From Planctomycetia bacterium (GTDB taxonomy: Bacteria > Planctomycetota > Planctomycetia > Pirellulales > JALHLM01), in contig JAWXBP010000256.1 of NCBI GenBank assembly GCA_034440135.1, positions 10,579 to 74,578 on the forward strand: 64,000 nucleotides of DNA, read 5' to 3'. A program made the translations under genes and the position numbers. The notes under the pieces were generated by a model. The model had not been told where the DNA came from. It saw nothing but the letters and a program-made list of their open reading frames with translations, and searched no databases. How positions within the stretch are numbered: position 1 is the stretch's first letter; every line of letters starts with the position of its first letter. This document shows positions 44,720 to 54,506 of the stretch, piece after piece.

Positions 44720-44844
44720 GGAGTTTGAAGTTTTCAGTGTTCAGTTTTCAGTGGGGGAAGCGCAATGCTACTCCACCTACTTCCTCTCCTACTTCACCTA
44801 CTAACTACTCCACCTACTTCCTCCCCCACCTACTTCCTCCTCCC
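44720..44844 (+). repeat. Family E composite element (E5): module 1 then several ACTCCACCTACTTCCTC-type units
   Basis: GGAGTTTGAAGTTTTCAGTGTTCAGTTTTCAGTG starts 1 nt after the TGA at 44717-44719. Pyrimidine-rich units then run up to the ATG at 44845. Confidence 0.9.
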
Positions 44845-45693
44845 ATGCCCGACCGTTGGCCCATTGGCGTGTTTGCCAGCCTTGACGCTGGCCTTGGCGT
44901 GAAATTAGAAGTCGCGCGCGAGTTGGGCGTGCCGACGATTCAGTTGCACGCGCCGCACCAGCAAACCCGCACCAAGGCCAACGCCGACGCGTTCCTGGCG
45001 AAACTCAAGGACTACGGCATTCGACTGACGGCCGTGTTCGGCGGCTTCGAAGGGGAAAGCTACGCCGACATCCCGACGGTTGACCGCACCGTAGGACTCG
45101 TGCCACTGGAAACCCGCGCGGCGCGACTGGCGGAGATGAAGGAAATCTCCGACTTCGCCAAGCTACTCGGCTGCCCGGTGATCGCGTTGCATCTGGGCTT
45201 CGTCCCGCACGACGCCGGCGCGGGGCTATACCAGGAAATCATCGCCATCACCCGCGAGTTGTGCGACTACGCCAAGAACAACGGCCAGGCGTTGCACTTG
45301 GAGACGGGCCAGGAATCGGCCGCCGCGCTGCTGCAGTTCATCGGCGACGTACAGCGCGACAATCTGTACATCAACTTCGATCCGGCCAACATGATCCTCT
45401 ATGGATCCGGCGAACCGATCGAGGCGCTCCGCATGGTCGGCAAGTACGTCCGCAGCATTCACTGCAAGGACGGCACCTGGGCCGCGAACCCCGGCAAAGA
45501 ATGGGGCCGCGAAGTCCCGCTCGGCGAAGGCGACGTCGGCATGGAAAACTACCTGCGGACGCTCAAGGAAATTGGCTACGACGGCCCGCTCACGATCGAA
45601 CGCGAAATCCCGCAGGAGCCGGAACGCCAAAAAGCGGAAATCGGCCACGCGGTACGGCTGCTGACGGAATTGCGCGCGAAGGTCCTTGCCTAG
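44845..45693 (+). CDS. sugar phosphate isomerase/epimerase (xylose isomerase-like TIM barrel)
   Basis: MPDRWPIGVFASLDAGLG...VIALHLGFVP...LHLETGQES...INFDPANMILYG, a typical AP endonuclease 2/xylose isomerase-like fold. The start is preceded by a pyrimidine tract rather than an SD. Confidence 0.75.
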   Translation: MPDRWPIGVFASLDAGLGVKLEVARELGVPTIQLHAPHQQTRTKANADAFLAKLKDYGIRLTAVFGGFEGESYADIPTVDRTVGLVPLETRAARLAEMKEISDFAKLLGCPVIALHLGFVPHDAGAGLYQEIIAITRELCDYAKNNGQALHLETGQESAAALLQFIGDVQRDNLYINFDPANMILYGSGEPIEALRMVGKYVRSIHCKDGTWAANPGKEWGREVPLGEGDVGMENYLRTLKEIGYDGPLTIEREIPQEPERQKAEIGHAVRLLTELRAKVLA

Positions 45694-45721
45694 TGCCTCG
45701 GATCCTGCACTTTGCAACCAA

Positions 45722-45872
45722 GCGTGGGTGCCTGGGGCTGGGGCGAACGACGGAATGTGCGACGTCGAACCGGCTGGGGCATCGTGGCGATTTGTTGACA
45801 AGTTCAACGAATCCCCAGCGTTTGGACCATGGCGACCGCGCATTCATTGCCCCTGCCCCAGGCACCCAGCGC
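45722..45872. repeat. Palindromic element J1
   Basis: GCGTGGGTGCCTGGGGCTGGGGC ... GCCCCTGCCCCAGGCACCCAGCGC, in a convergent gap. Confidence 0.8.
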
Positions 45873-45887
45873 ATTTTGTATCGCTGA

Positions 45888-46553
45888 TCAGTTCAAGCGC
45901 ACTTTCAATCGCACGGCCTCCTCCACGCGTCTTAGAAACTGCTTGCGGGGAATCTCCTTCGCCCCGAAACGCGCGGTGTTCGGATTGTGCTGCTGCACGT
46001 CGAACAACGTGAAGCCGCACGCGCGCAAGCGTTCCACGAGATAGACGAGGGCCACTTTTGCCGCGTCCGGCGCGCGGAAGAACATCGATTCGGCCGCGAA
46101 CATCCCGCCGATTGCCACGCCGTACACGCCGCCAGCGAGCTTGCCGTCCTGCCAGGCTTCGACGCTATGCGCGAAGCCGGCCTGGTGAAACGCTTTGTAT
46201 CCGGCCAGCATTTCCGGTGTGATCCAGGTGCCCTCGGTGCGATACGGCGCCGTGGCGCAGCCTTCAATCACGCCGGTGAAGTCGCGATCGATCGATAGCT
46301 CGAATCGCCCTTGCCGAAAGGTCCTCGCCAGCCGGCGGGCGACGTGGAACTCGTCCAACTCGATGACCGCCCGCGGATCGGGCGACCACCACGCAAGTAA
46401 TCCCTCTTGGCTTGGCCAGGGAAAAATGCCGGCGCGATACGCCGCTTCCAAGGTGTCCACGTCGATCCAGCCGCCAACGCCGAGCAGCCCTTCCCCGTCG
46501 GGGTCGGCGATTTCGGGATCGGGAAAGCGAATCGTGGGACGCTTCTTGGTCAT
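45888..46553 (-). CDS. aat: leucyl/phenylalanyl-tRNA--protein transferase
   Basis: Close match to the E. coli Aat pattern: AYRAGIFPW, WWSPDPRAV, VIEGCA...EGTWIT, HSVEAW, GGVYGVAIGGMFAAESMF. Confidence 0.9.
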   Translation of the reverse strand: MTKKRPTIRFPDPEIADPDGEGLLGVGGWIDVDTLEAAYRAGIFPWPSQEGLLAWWSPDPRAVIELDEFHVARRLARTFRQGRFELSIDRDFTGVIEGCATAPYRTEGTWITPEMLAGYKAFHQAGFAHSVEAWQDGKLAGGVYGVAIGGMFAAESMFFRAPDAAKVALVYLVERLRACGFTLFDVQQHNPNTARFGAKEIPRKQFLRRVEEAVRLKVRLN

Positions 46554-46686
46554 AGAGTCGGAAAAGTGTCCGCAAAGTCGACGTAACGCACAACGCGCAA
46601 ATCACTTGCGCCTTATTCTGTCACGTTTCGCCGCGATTGCCTATAATGCACGCACTCGCTCTTTCGGCCATCTGATCGGAGCCGGC

Positions 46687-47928
46687 ATGTTTCCTGAAGA
46701 CGATTCCCCGTCGCACGACGTGTCCGCGGATCGATTTCTGCTGCCGGCGTCGAGCCCGCCGCCTCCGGCGCCCGCGCGGTATCCCGGCCTGGTGATGTCT
46801 CGATTGCTATTGATTCTCGCCACGCTCGTCGCGCTGGTGGCGATGCCGCGGCTCCTAGAGAACGTGCAATACTCGCTCACCCGCGGCCGGCTCCGCGCGC
46901 AGGCCGAAGTGGCCGAGACGCATCTGGCGAAGTACGACAAGATCGCCGACCCAGCCGAGGCCTTTAAGTGGGTGGCGCTGCGGATGGAGGCCAGCGTCGT
47001 ACATATCAATACGAGTCGGAGGCCGGAGATCTCAAGCACCGGCGATCCGCCGCGTCTCACGCTTCCACCCGACTTTGAAGTGAGCGGCGAGGGTTCGGGC
47101 GTGATCGTTGACGCCTCTGGATACATTCTCACCAACCACCACGTAATCTCGGGGGCCGAGCAGATCTCGGTGGTCTTAAGCGACGATCGCATCATCGGTC
47201 CGGAGGATGTCACCATTGTCGGCATCGACGAGTTCTCCGATCTCGCCGTGCTCAAGGTCGACGCCGGCAACCTGGTCGCCGCCGCTTGGGGCGATAGCAA
47301 CGCGATGGAAGTTGGCGACTGGCTGGTCGCCGTAGGGGCGCCGTTTGGTTTGGACCGCACGGTCACGGCCGGCATTCTCAGTGCAAAGCGAAAGAAGTTC
47401 GTCGATCGCTCCGCCACGCAGGATTTTCTTCAAACCGACGTGGCCGTGAACCCCGGCAATAGCGGCGGGCCGCTGGTGAACTTGAAGGGTGAAATCGTCG
47501 GCATCAACACGGCAATCGTCGGCAACGCCTATCAGGGGATCAGCTTCGCCATTCCGAGCGACATTGCGAAGTCAGTCTACGAGCAAATCAAAGCCAACGG
47601 CAAAGCGGTCCGCGGCTGGCTCGGCGTGGAAATGGCCAAGCTCACCGCGGAGAACGCCAAGTCCGCCGGACTCGACAAGCCGGACGGGTCACTCGTCACC
47701 AACGTAGTGATGAACTCTCCCGCCGACCTGGCGAAGATCGAGCGAAACGACATCGTGGTTTCCTGGGGCGGCAAGCCAGTCGCCAGCCCGCGCGACCTCG
47801 GGCAACTTGTCGCCGAAACGCCGATTGACACGGTCGTTCCGGCCGAAATCATCCGCGGCGCGGAGCGTCAAACCGTTCAAGTGAAGGTCACCGATCGCCC
47901 GCTACGCAACATTCGCATCAAGCAGTAG
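46687..47928 (+). CDS. HtrA/DegP-family serine protease with one PDZ domain
   Basis: N-terminal TM, catalytic contexts ILTNHHVI, DLAVLKV and GNSGGPLVNLKGEIVGINTAI, then a PDZ domain (GWLGVEMAKL...). Start at MFPEDD. Confidence 0.85.
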   Translation: MFPEDDSPSHDVSADRFLLPASSPPPPAPARYPGLVMSRLLLILATLVALVAMPRLLENVQYSLTRGRLRAQAEVAETHLAKYDKIADPAEAFKWVALRMEASVVHINTSRRPEISSTGDPPRLTLPPDFEVSGEGSGVIVDASGYILTNHHVISGAEQISVVLSDDRIIGPEDVTIVGIDEFSDLAVLKVDAGNLVAAAWGDSNAMEVGDWLVAVGAPFGLDRTVTAGILSAKRKKFVDRSATQDFLQTDVAVNPGNSGGPLVNLKGEIVGINTAIVGNAYQGISFAIPSDIAKSVYEQIKANGKAVRGWLGVEMAKLTAENAKSAGLDKPDGSLVTNVVMNSPADLAKIERNDIVVSWGGKPVASPRDLGQLVAETPIDTVVPAEIIRGAERQTVQVKVTDRPLRNIRIKQ

Positions 47929-48012
47929 CAGGTTTGTTCGTCCCGTTCAAGGCATCCGCAAGTCGTTGCCCCGCATCGCGTTGCGACACGGCTTTAAAGG
48001 CCGCGTTCGTGA

Positions 48013-48041
48013 TTGACCCTGCCGACCAATCGCACTATAAT
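48013..48041 (+). promoter_or_regulatory. near-consensus sigma-70 promoter upstream of dnaG-rpoD
   Basis: TTGACC (48013-48018), a 17-nt spacer, then TATAAT (48036-48041). Confidence 0.55.
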
Positions 48042-48069
48042 CCCCGCCCGCACAGGGAAGTCCTGGCGT

Positions 48070-48110
48070 GAGTTTGAAGTTGCGAGGGAGTAGGTGAAGT
48101 AGCGAGTAGG
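48070..48110 (+). repeat. Family E rearranged copy (E7): truncated module 1 plus inverted module 2
   Basis: GAGTTTGAAGTT then GAGGGAGTAGGTGAAGTAGCGAGTAGG (reverse complement of module 2), in the dnaG leader. Confidence 0.7.
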
Positions 48111-48187
48111 CGGCGTCGCTACGTTCACGGTTCGTCATTCATACTTTCTAGCGGCCAGCCAGCCGTTGCCTGAAGGAGCAGTTGCGA

Positions 48188-50023
48188 GTGTCCCTCTCCA
48201 CGGATGATCGGGAACGGGTGCGGCAGGCGATCGACATTGTCGATCTCGTCGGCGGCTACCTCCCGTTGCGCCGCGAGGGACGCCACTTCAAGTGCCTCTG
48301 CCCTTGGCACGACGACAGTCGGCCGAGCTTGTTCGTCAATCAGGAGCGGCAAAGCTACAAGTGCTTTGTCTGCAACCTGGGCGGCGACATCTTCAGCTTC
48401 ACGATGAAGATGGAAGGGCTGGAGTTTCCCGAGGCACTTGAATTCCTCGCCGAGAAGGCCGGCCTCACGCTGGAGCGCCGCCGCAGCGGCCCTTCGTCCG
48501 ACGACAAGAAGACGCTGCTGCAGATCATGGCCTGGGCCGAGCAGCGCTATCACGATTGCTTGCTGAAATCATCCTCTGCGCAAATCGGTCGCGACTACTT
48601 CGAGGGTCGTGGCATCACGCCCGAGAGCATTGACCGATTCAAGCTCGGCTTCGCTCCCGAAGAATGGGACTGGCTGCTCACGCAATCGCGCGATACGCGA
48701 TTCAGTTCCGCGCAGTTGGAACGCGTCGGACTGGTCCGCGCCCGTCAAGGCGGCGGCGGCCACTACGATTGGTTCCGGAACCGCATGCTGTTTTCGATCC
48801 GCGATTCGCAGGGCCGTCCCGTCGGCCTGGGCGGACGCGTGTTGCCGGGTCCGGATGCCGACAAGACCGCCAAATACATCAATTCGCCCGAGACGCCGCT
48901 CTTCTCGAAGAGCCAATTGCTCTACGGGCTGGACCTGGCACGGGAGTCGATCACCAAATCGCGTACCGCGCTGGTGATGGAAGGCTACACCGACGTCGTC
49001 GTGGCGCACCAATGCGGCTTCCAGAACGCCGTCGCCGTGCTCGGCACGGCTCTGGGCGAAAGCCACGTCCGCTTGCTCAAACGCTTCGCAGACCGCATCG
49101 TGTTGGTGCTCGACGGGGATGAAGCGGGTCGCAAACGGGCCAACGAGATTCTCGACTTGTTCATGGGTGAGCAGATCGATCTCCGCGTACTGACCTTGCC
49201 CGGCGAGCTCGATCCCTGCGACTTTTTGCTCCAGCAAGGCGCCCCGGCGTTCCAAGAACAAATCGAGCGTGCCATCGACGCGGTAGAACACAAATTCAAT
49301 GTCGTCGCGGCAGGCCTTTCCGGTCGTGGCACGCACGAAGTGCAGGCCGCGCTCGAAGATTTGCTGACCACGCTGGCAAAATCGCCTCACGCCAGCGGCG
49401 AGGTGGGCAGCGCCGCGATGCTCAAGCAAGAACACATTCTGCAGCGCGCCTCGCACCGCTTCGGCGTGTCGGAAGCGCAGCTACGGGCGCGGCTTGGCTC
49501 GTTGCGACATGGTAAACCCGCGCGCCCGGCGCGCGTCGTCGCCGAGGCGCCGACGGTGGAAGCCGCCGTGGCGTTTGGCGATATCGACGAGTGGGAACGC
49601 GAGCTGATGGAGTTGCTGCTCGTCGCGCCCCAGACGTTGCCCGAGGTTCTGCACGAAGTGCGGCCGGAGCAATTCGCCGTCGGCCCATTGCGTGAACTTT
49701 TCTCGCGGGCCTGCGTCCTCGTGGCCTCGGGGAGATCGTTCTCGTTCGCGGAATTGATGATTCAAATCGAGGAACCGGAATTGAAGAGCGTGCTGGTCGA
49801 CCTGGACGAGCATGCCCAGAAAAAGAGTCACGCCGACGCCGCGAAGTTAGTGCGGCAGGTGTTGGAAAGTTATCGTCTCCGGCACGAAGGCAGGCACATG
49901 CGCCAACAAGTGCATGAGCTGCGCGAGGGCCGCATCGATGAAGAAAGGGGGTTGCAACTGTTGCGACAAAGGATTGAAAGCGGGCGAAGTCGCCAGGGCA
50001 TTTCCGCACCCACGGACGGGTAG
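48188..50023 (+). CDS. dnaG: DNA primase
   Basis: Zinc ribbon [36 protein letters not shown] and TOPRIM region ([10 protein letters not shown]...[13 protein letters not shown]). The GTG at 48188 has GGAG 9 nt upstream. The track start (TTG 48182) is too close to that SD. Confidence 0.9.
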   Translation: MSLSTDDRERVRQAIDIVDLVGGYLPLRREGRHFKCLCPWHDDSRPSLFVNQERQSYKCFVCNLGGDIFSFTMKMEGLEFPEALEFLAEKAGLTLERRRSGPSSDDKKTLLQIMAWAEQRYHDCLLKSSSAQIGRDYFEGRGITPESIDRFKLGFAPEEWDWLLTQSRDTRFSSAQLERVGLVRARQGGGGHYDWFRNRMLFSIRDSQGRPVGLGGRVLPGPDADKTAKYINSPETPLFSKSQLLYGLDLARESITKSRTALVMEGYTDVVVAHQCGFQNAVAVLGTALGESHVRLLKRFADRIVLVLDGDEAGRKRANEILDLFMGEQIDLRVLTLPGELDPCDFLLQQGAPAFQEQIERAIDAVEHKFNVVAAGLSGRGTHEVQAALEDLLTTLAKSPHASGEVGSAAMLKQEHILQRASHRFGVSEAQLRARLGSLRHGKPARPARVVAEAPTVEAAVAFGDIDEWERELMELLLVAPQTLPEVLHEVRPEQFAVGPLRELFSRACVLVASGRSFSFAELMIQIEEPELKSVLVDLDEHAQKKSHADAAKLVRQVLESYRLRHEGRHMRQQVHELREGRIDEERGLQLLRQRIESGRSRQGISAPTDG

Positions 50024-50142
50024 GATGCGTTGACGGCTGGTCGCGGTTTCCCCGTACGGTCGCTGGTCCCAGCCGGCGACTCGTGACCGTGATCGCACTT
50101 CGACATGCTGAGCGCCATGAGGGCGCGGGAGGAAAGCACGAC

Positions 50143-51813
<1,671 letters not shown>

Positions 51814-51846
51814 CCTTTCGCCCGTTGTAAACCTGTTTTCCAATAA

Positions 51847-51875
51847 AGCCTCACCGTCCGGTGGGGCTTTTTCTT
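51847..51875 (+). terminator. rho-independent terminator after rpoD
   Basis: AGCCTCACC-GTCC-GGTGGGGCT (9 bp including one G-U pair) followed by TTTTCTT, 34 nt after the rpoD stop. Confidence 0.7.
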
Positions 51876-51900
51876 GCGCGGATAGGTAGAATCGAAGTGT

Positions 51901-52164
51901 ATGGAACCGACGAGCTTCGACCTGACCGACCCTTGGCATTCGCATCTGTACTTTGCAATTGACTGCGCGTGCGACTGCTGCGACCGCCGCGTCGATTTTC
52001 AATGGTTCTGGGATAGAGTCGAGGGCGAAGGCGAAGAGCGCGTTGAGCGATGGTCGGTGCTCGTCGCAGAGGCTGTTCGAACGGATGGCTGGAGAATTCT
52101 TGACGATGGCGTTTTTTGCCCAGAATGCTCGAGGCGACGTCTCGCATCACGGCCGGAGGTATAG
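51901..52164 (+). CDS. small Cys-rich (zinc-ribbon-like) hypothetical protein
   Basis: 87 aa with DCACDCCDRR near the N-terminus and CPECSRR near the C-terminus. Confidence 0.35.
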   Translation: MEPTSFDLTDPWHSHLYFAIDCACDCCDRRVDFQWFWDRVEGEGEERVERWSVLVAEAVRTDGWRILDDGVFCPECSRRRLASRPEV

Positions 52165-52240
52165 AATCGGCCGCTCGACGGGGGCGATTAAGTTCTGACA
52201 ATGATTCAGGCGTGTTGTTGATCGGACTCACCGAGAGCGT

Positions 52241-52453
52241 ATGCGTTTCAGCCTCAAAGCGATCTTCCTGCTCATGTTCGCCGCGGCGCTGCTATTCGCC
52301 ACGCCGTGGGGAGCGTGGTTGGGCATCTCGCCCGCAGTGGTTCCGTTGGGGCTTTCGCTCATGGCGATCGCGATCGGGAACATGCTTCTGGTGGGCGCCG
52401 GGATGTATGCGTTGGCCGGCATTGACTGGCTGCTGCGCAAATTGAATCGCTGA
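52241..52453 (+). CDS. small two-TM membrane protein, hypothetical
   Basis: 70 aa, almost entirely two hydrophobic helices (IFLLMFAAALLFATPW; LSLMAIAIGNMLLVGAGMYALAGI). Confidence 0.4.
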   Translation: MRFSLKAIFLLMFAAALLFATPWGAWLGISPAVVPLGLSLMAIAIGNMLLVGAGMYALAGIDWLLRKLNR

Positions 52454-52535
52454 GCGTAGGGCGAGCAACGCCGGGCGGAACGTCGTTTGTATTGACTCGC
52501 TTTGGCGAACCCCGCATCGGGTTGACCACAAACAC

Positions 52536-52569
52536 GTAAGGCCCGCCGACCTGCCCCGGCGGGCCTTAC
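52536..52569. terminator. strong hairpin in a convergent gap (possible bidirectional terminator)
   Basis: GTAAGGCCCGCCG, an 8-nt loop, then CGGCGGGCCTTAC (perfect 13 bp). No clear U-tract on either side. Confidence 0.4.
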
Positions 52570-52647
52570 GCTATTCTAGATTGCATCGGTACGTCTAGCG
52601 CTCGCCATGGACAAGACAATCTTGTTGACTGTCGGGCGCGGCCCGCC

Positions 52648-53550
52648 CTACAGCGCGCGGCGACGGCGCGCGACCGTCAATACCGCTCCGCCCACGAGCA
52701 GCAATCCAATCGTGCCCGGTTCCGGTACGGCGATCGGTTCGCCGTAGATGAAATCGTCCATTGCCACGGCGTCGTTGCCGGCGCCGAAGCTGACTAAACT
52801 CAGGTCCAGCGAGCCGTTGGTGATGCGGATGCGTGAGACGACGGCGTCGTCGAACGACAGGCCGAGGAACGAGAACGACTTGAAGGTGTCCGCAGCGCCG
52901 TCGAGCGGAAACGCGGGCACATTTTCGGTCGCGAGCAGGTTGTCGTCCAAGTCGAAGAATTCCAGTTTCGTCGTGCCGTCTTCTTCCACATCGGTGAACA
53001 CCGCGCCGAAGCCGCGCACCAGGGCCGCCACGTCCGGCGAGCCGGGCAAGCTAAACGTCACGTCGAGCAGGTTCGTGCCGTTGAGGCCGAAGATGCGCTC
53101 GGCACTGAAGGCGGCGAAATCCTCGTCGTTGTCCGGATGGCGATTGGCGAATAGGGTTTCCACGGGTCCAGGATTGCCGTCGCCGTCGGAATCGCTGTCG
53201 GCGCTGACTTCGAACGTGCCGGACGTCGTGAATTGAATTCCGCGGATGCGTCCGGCCGCGTTGCCGGTCGCCAGGTTGAAGAAGTCGCCTGGAAAGGCAT
53301 TGGCGCCGCCGGAGGAAAACGCATCAGGGACGCCGTCCCAATTCACCTCGCGGCGATTGTTCGGTCCAAGACCCGTGCTGGGGCCGGCTTGGATTGGTCC
53401 CAGGTCGGCGCGGAACGCATCCAGACCCGTTTGGATATCGATGGCGTTTTGTCCGACGGCCGAAAAAACGTTTTGTGCAGGCGCGCGTGTCGCCAGGCTG
53501 GCGAGGCCCAGACCCACGACGACCGTAATCGCCCAGTTCCGTGTGTGCAT
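52648..53550 (-). CDS. secreted PEP-CTERM protein, hypothetical
   Basis: Start MHTRNWAITVVVGLGLASLATRAPAQ (signal peptide). C-terminal VPEPGTIGLLLVGGAVLTVARRRRAL is a PEP-CTERM sorting signal. Confidence 0.7.
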   Translation of the reverse strand: MHTRNWAITVVVGLGLASLATRAPAQNVFSAVGQNAIDIQTGLDAFRADLGPIQAGPSTGLGPNNRREVNWDGVPDAFSSGGANAFPGDFFNLATGNAAGRIRGIQFTTSGTFEVSADSDSDGDGNPGPVETLFANRHPDNDEDFAAFSAERIFGLNGTNLLDVTFSLPGSPDVAALVRGFGAVFTDVEEDGTTKLEFFDLDDNLLATENVPAFPLDGAADTFKSFSFLGLSFDDAVVSRIRITNGSLDLSLVSFGAGNDAVAMDDFIYGEPIAVPEPGTIGLLLVGGAVLTVARRRRAL

Positions 53551-53774
53551 CGAGTGTTTGCTCCTGTTCCTGAGGGTGCGAATCCGCGGAGTTCCAACGG
53601 TTGATCGTATTCTCCGGTCGCGGCGGCCAAGAATTGTCGCCATCAATGTAGAGCGGGCCGGGTCGCAATGCGACCGTTTAAACTCGAAGCATCCGCGTAC
53701 GTGGATGCTTCGAGCCCTTGCGCGAAGATTCGCGGCCGCTTGTCGGGATCAGGCCGGACCGACAGAATACGGCG

Positions 53775-54401
53775 ATGTCCAAGGAGTCTCCGCAGGAAAA
53801 TCCCTATGCTTCGCCGGAGGTGTTTGGCGAGCAGTTTCGCCGCGCCGCCGCGGATTTCGGCCAGCCGAACGATGGCGATGCGCCGATCTACGCGGAGGGA
53901 GTGCTTTCGGAGCGCGACTACTTGCGCGCTGTGCGGCGCGTTTATCGTTGGCGGTTCTTGTTCGGACGCCTCGTCGTCCTGCTGGTCGGCGCCGTCTACG
54001 GCGGATTATTTTGGACGATGCTCCCGCTGGGCGGCGGCGCCGGTTGGCGAGGGTTCCTGCTGGCCCGATTGCCGTTGATTCTGGTGGTGGGCGCCGGCGT
54101 GGCGCTGTTGCTGTCGCAACAGACCGCCCGGTTTCGCAAGGCCTGGCGAGCACGGTTGATCAAAGACGAGCCCGTCTCGCTGCGATTCACTCGGGAAGTG
54201 ATCGAAGTCAGTCGGCCGTCCGCCTACATTCTGATGCGGTGGACCAATTACACGCAATATCGCGTCTGCGACGACGATCTCGCGATCCTGTCGTCGGCCC
54301 ATGCCGTGAACCAGTTCGATATCTTCCCACTGTCGTTCTTCACGCCGCCGGAATGGGAGCGGTTCGTGAAACTAGTGGAGGAGAAGTTGCCGAAGAAATG
54401 A
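53775..54401 (+). CDS. YcxB-like membrane protein (two TM plus bacterial PH-like domain), tentative
   Basis: Start MSKESPQENPYASP, two TM helices, then a C-terminal domain ending FPLSFFTPPEWERFVKLVEEKL. Confidence 0.45.
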   Translation: MSKESPQENPYASPEVFGEQFRRAAADFGQPNDGDAPIYAEGVLSERDYLRAVRRVYRWRFLFGRLVVLLVGAVYGGLFWTMLPLGGGAGWRGFLLARLPLILVVGAGVALLLSQQTARFRKAWRARLIKDEPVSLRFTREVIEVSRPSAYILMRWTNYTQYRVCDDDLAILSSAHAVNQFDIFPLSFFTPPEWERFVKLVEEKLPKK

Positions 54402-54406
54402 TGGTG

Positions 54407-54506
54407 GGAGTTTGAAATTCTCAGTGGTCAGTTTTCAGTGATTGCGAAGCAGCACATTCTGCCGCTACTCCACCTACTTACTACTCCACCTACTTCCCAC
54501 TTCCTC
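54407..54506 (+). repeat. Family E composite element (E6)
   Basis: GGAGTTTGAAATTCTCAGTGGTCAGTTTTCAGTG starts 6 nt after the TGA at 54399-54401, followed by CTACTCCACCTACTTACTACTCCACCTACTTCCCACTTCCTC. It abuts the stop of the convergent gene at 54505. Confidence 0.9.

Noticed and set aside
53246-54415. 389-aa plus-strand ORF spanning two genes
   Set aside because: It is Arg-rich junk that overlaps the PEP-CTERM gene antisense and the YcxB-like gene out of frame.
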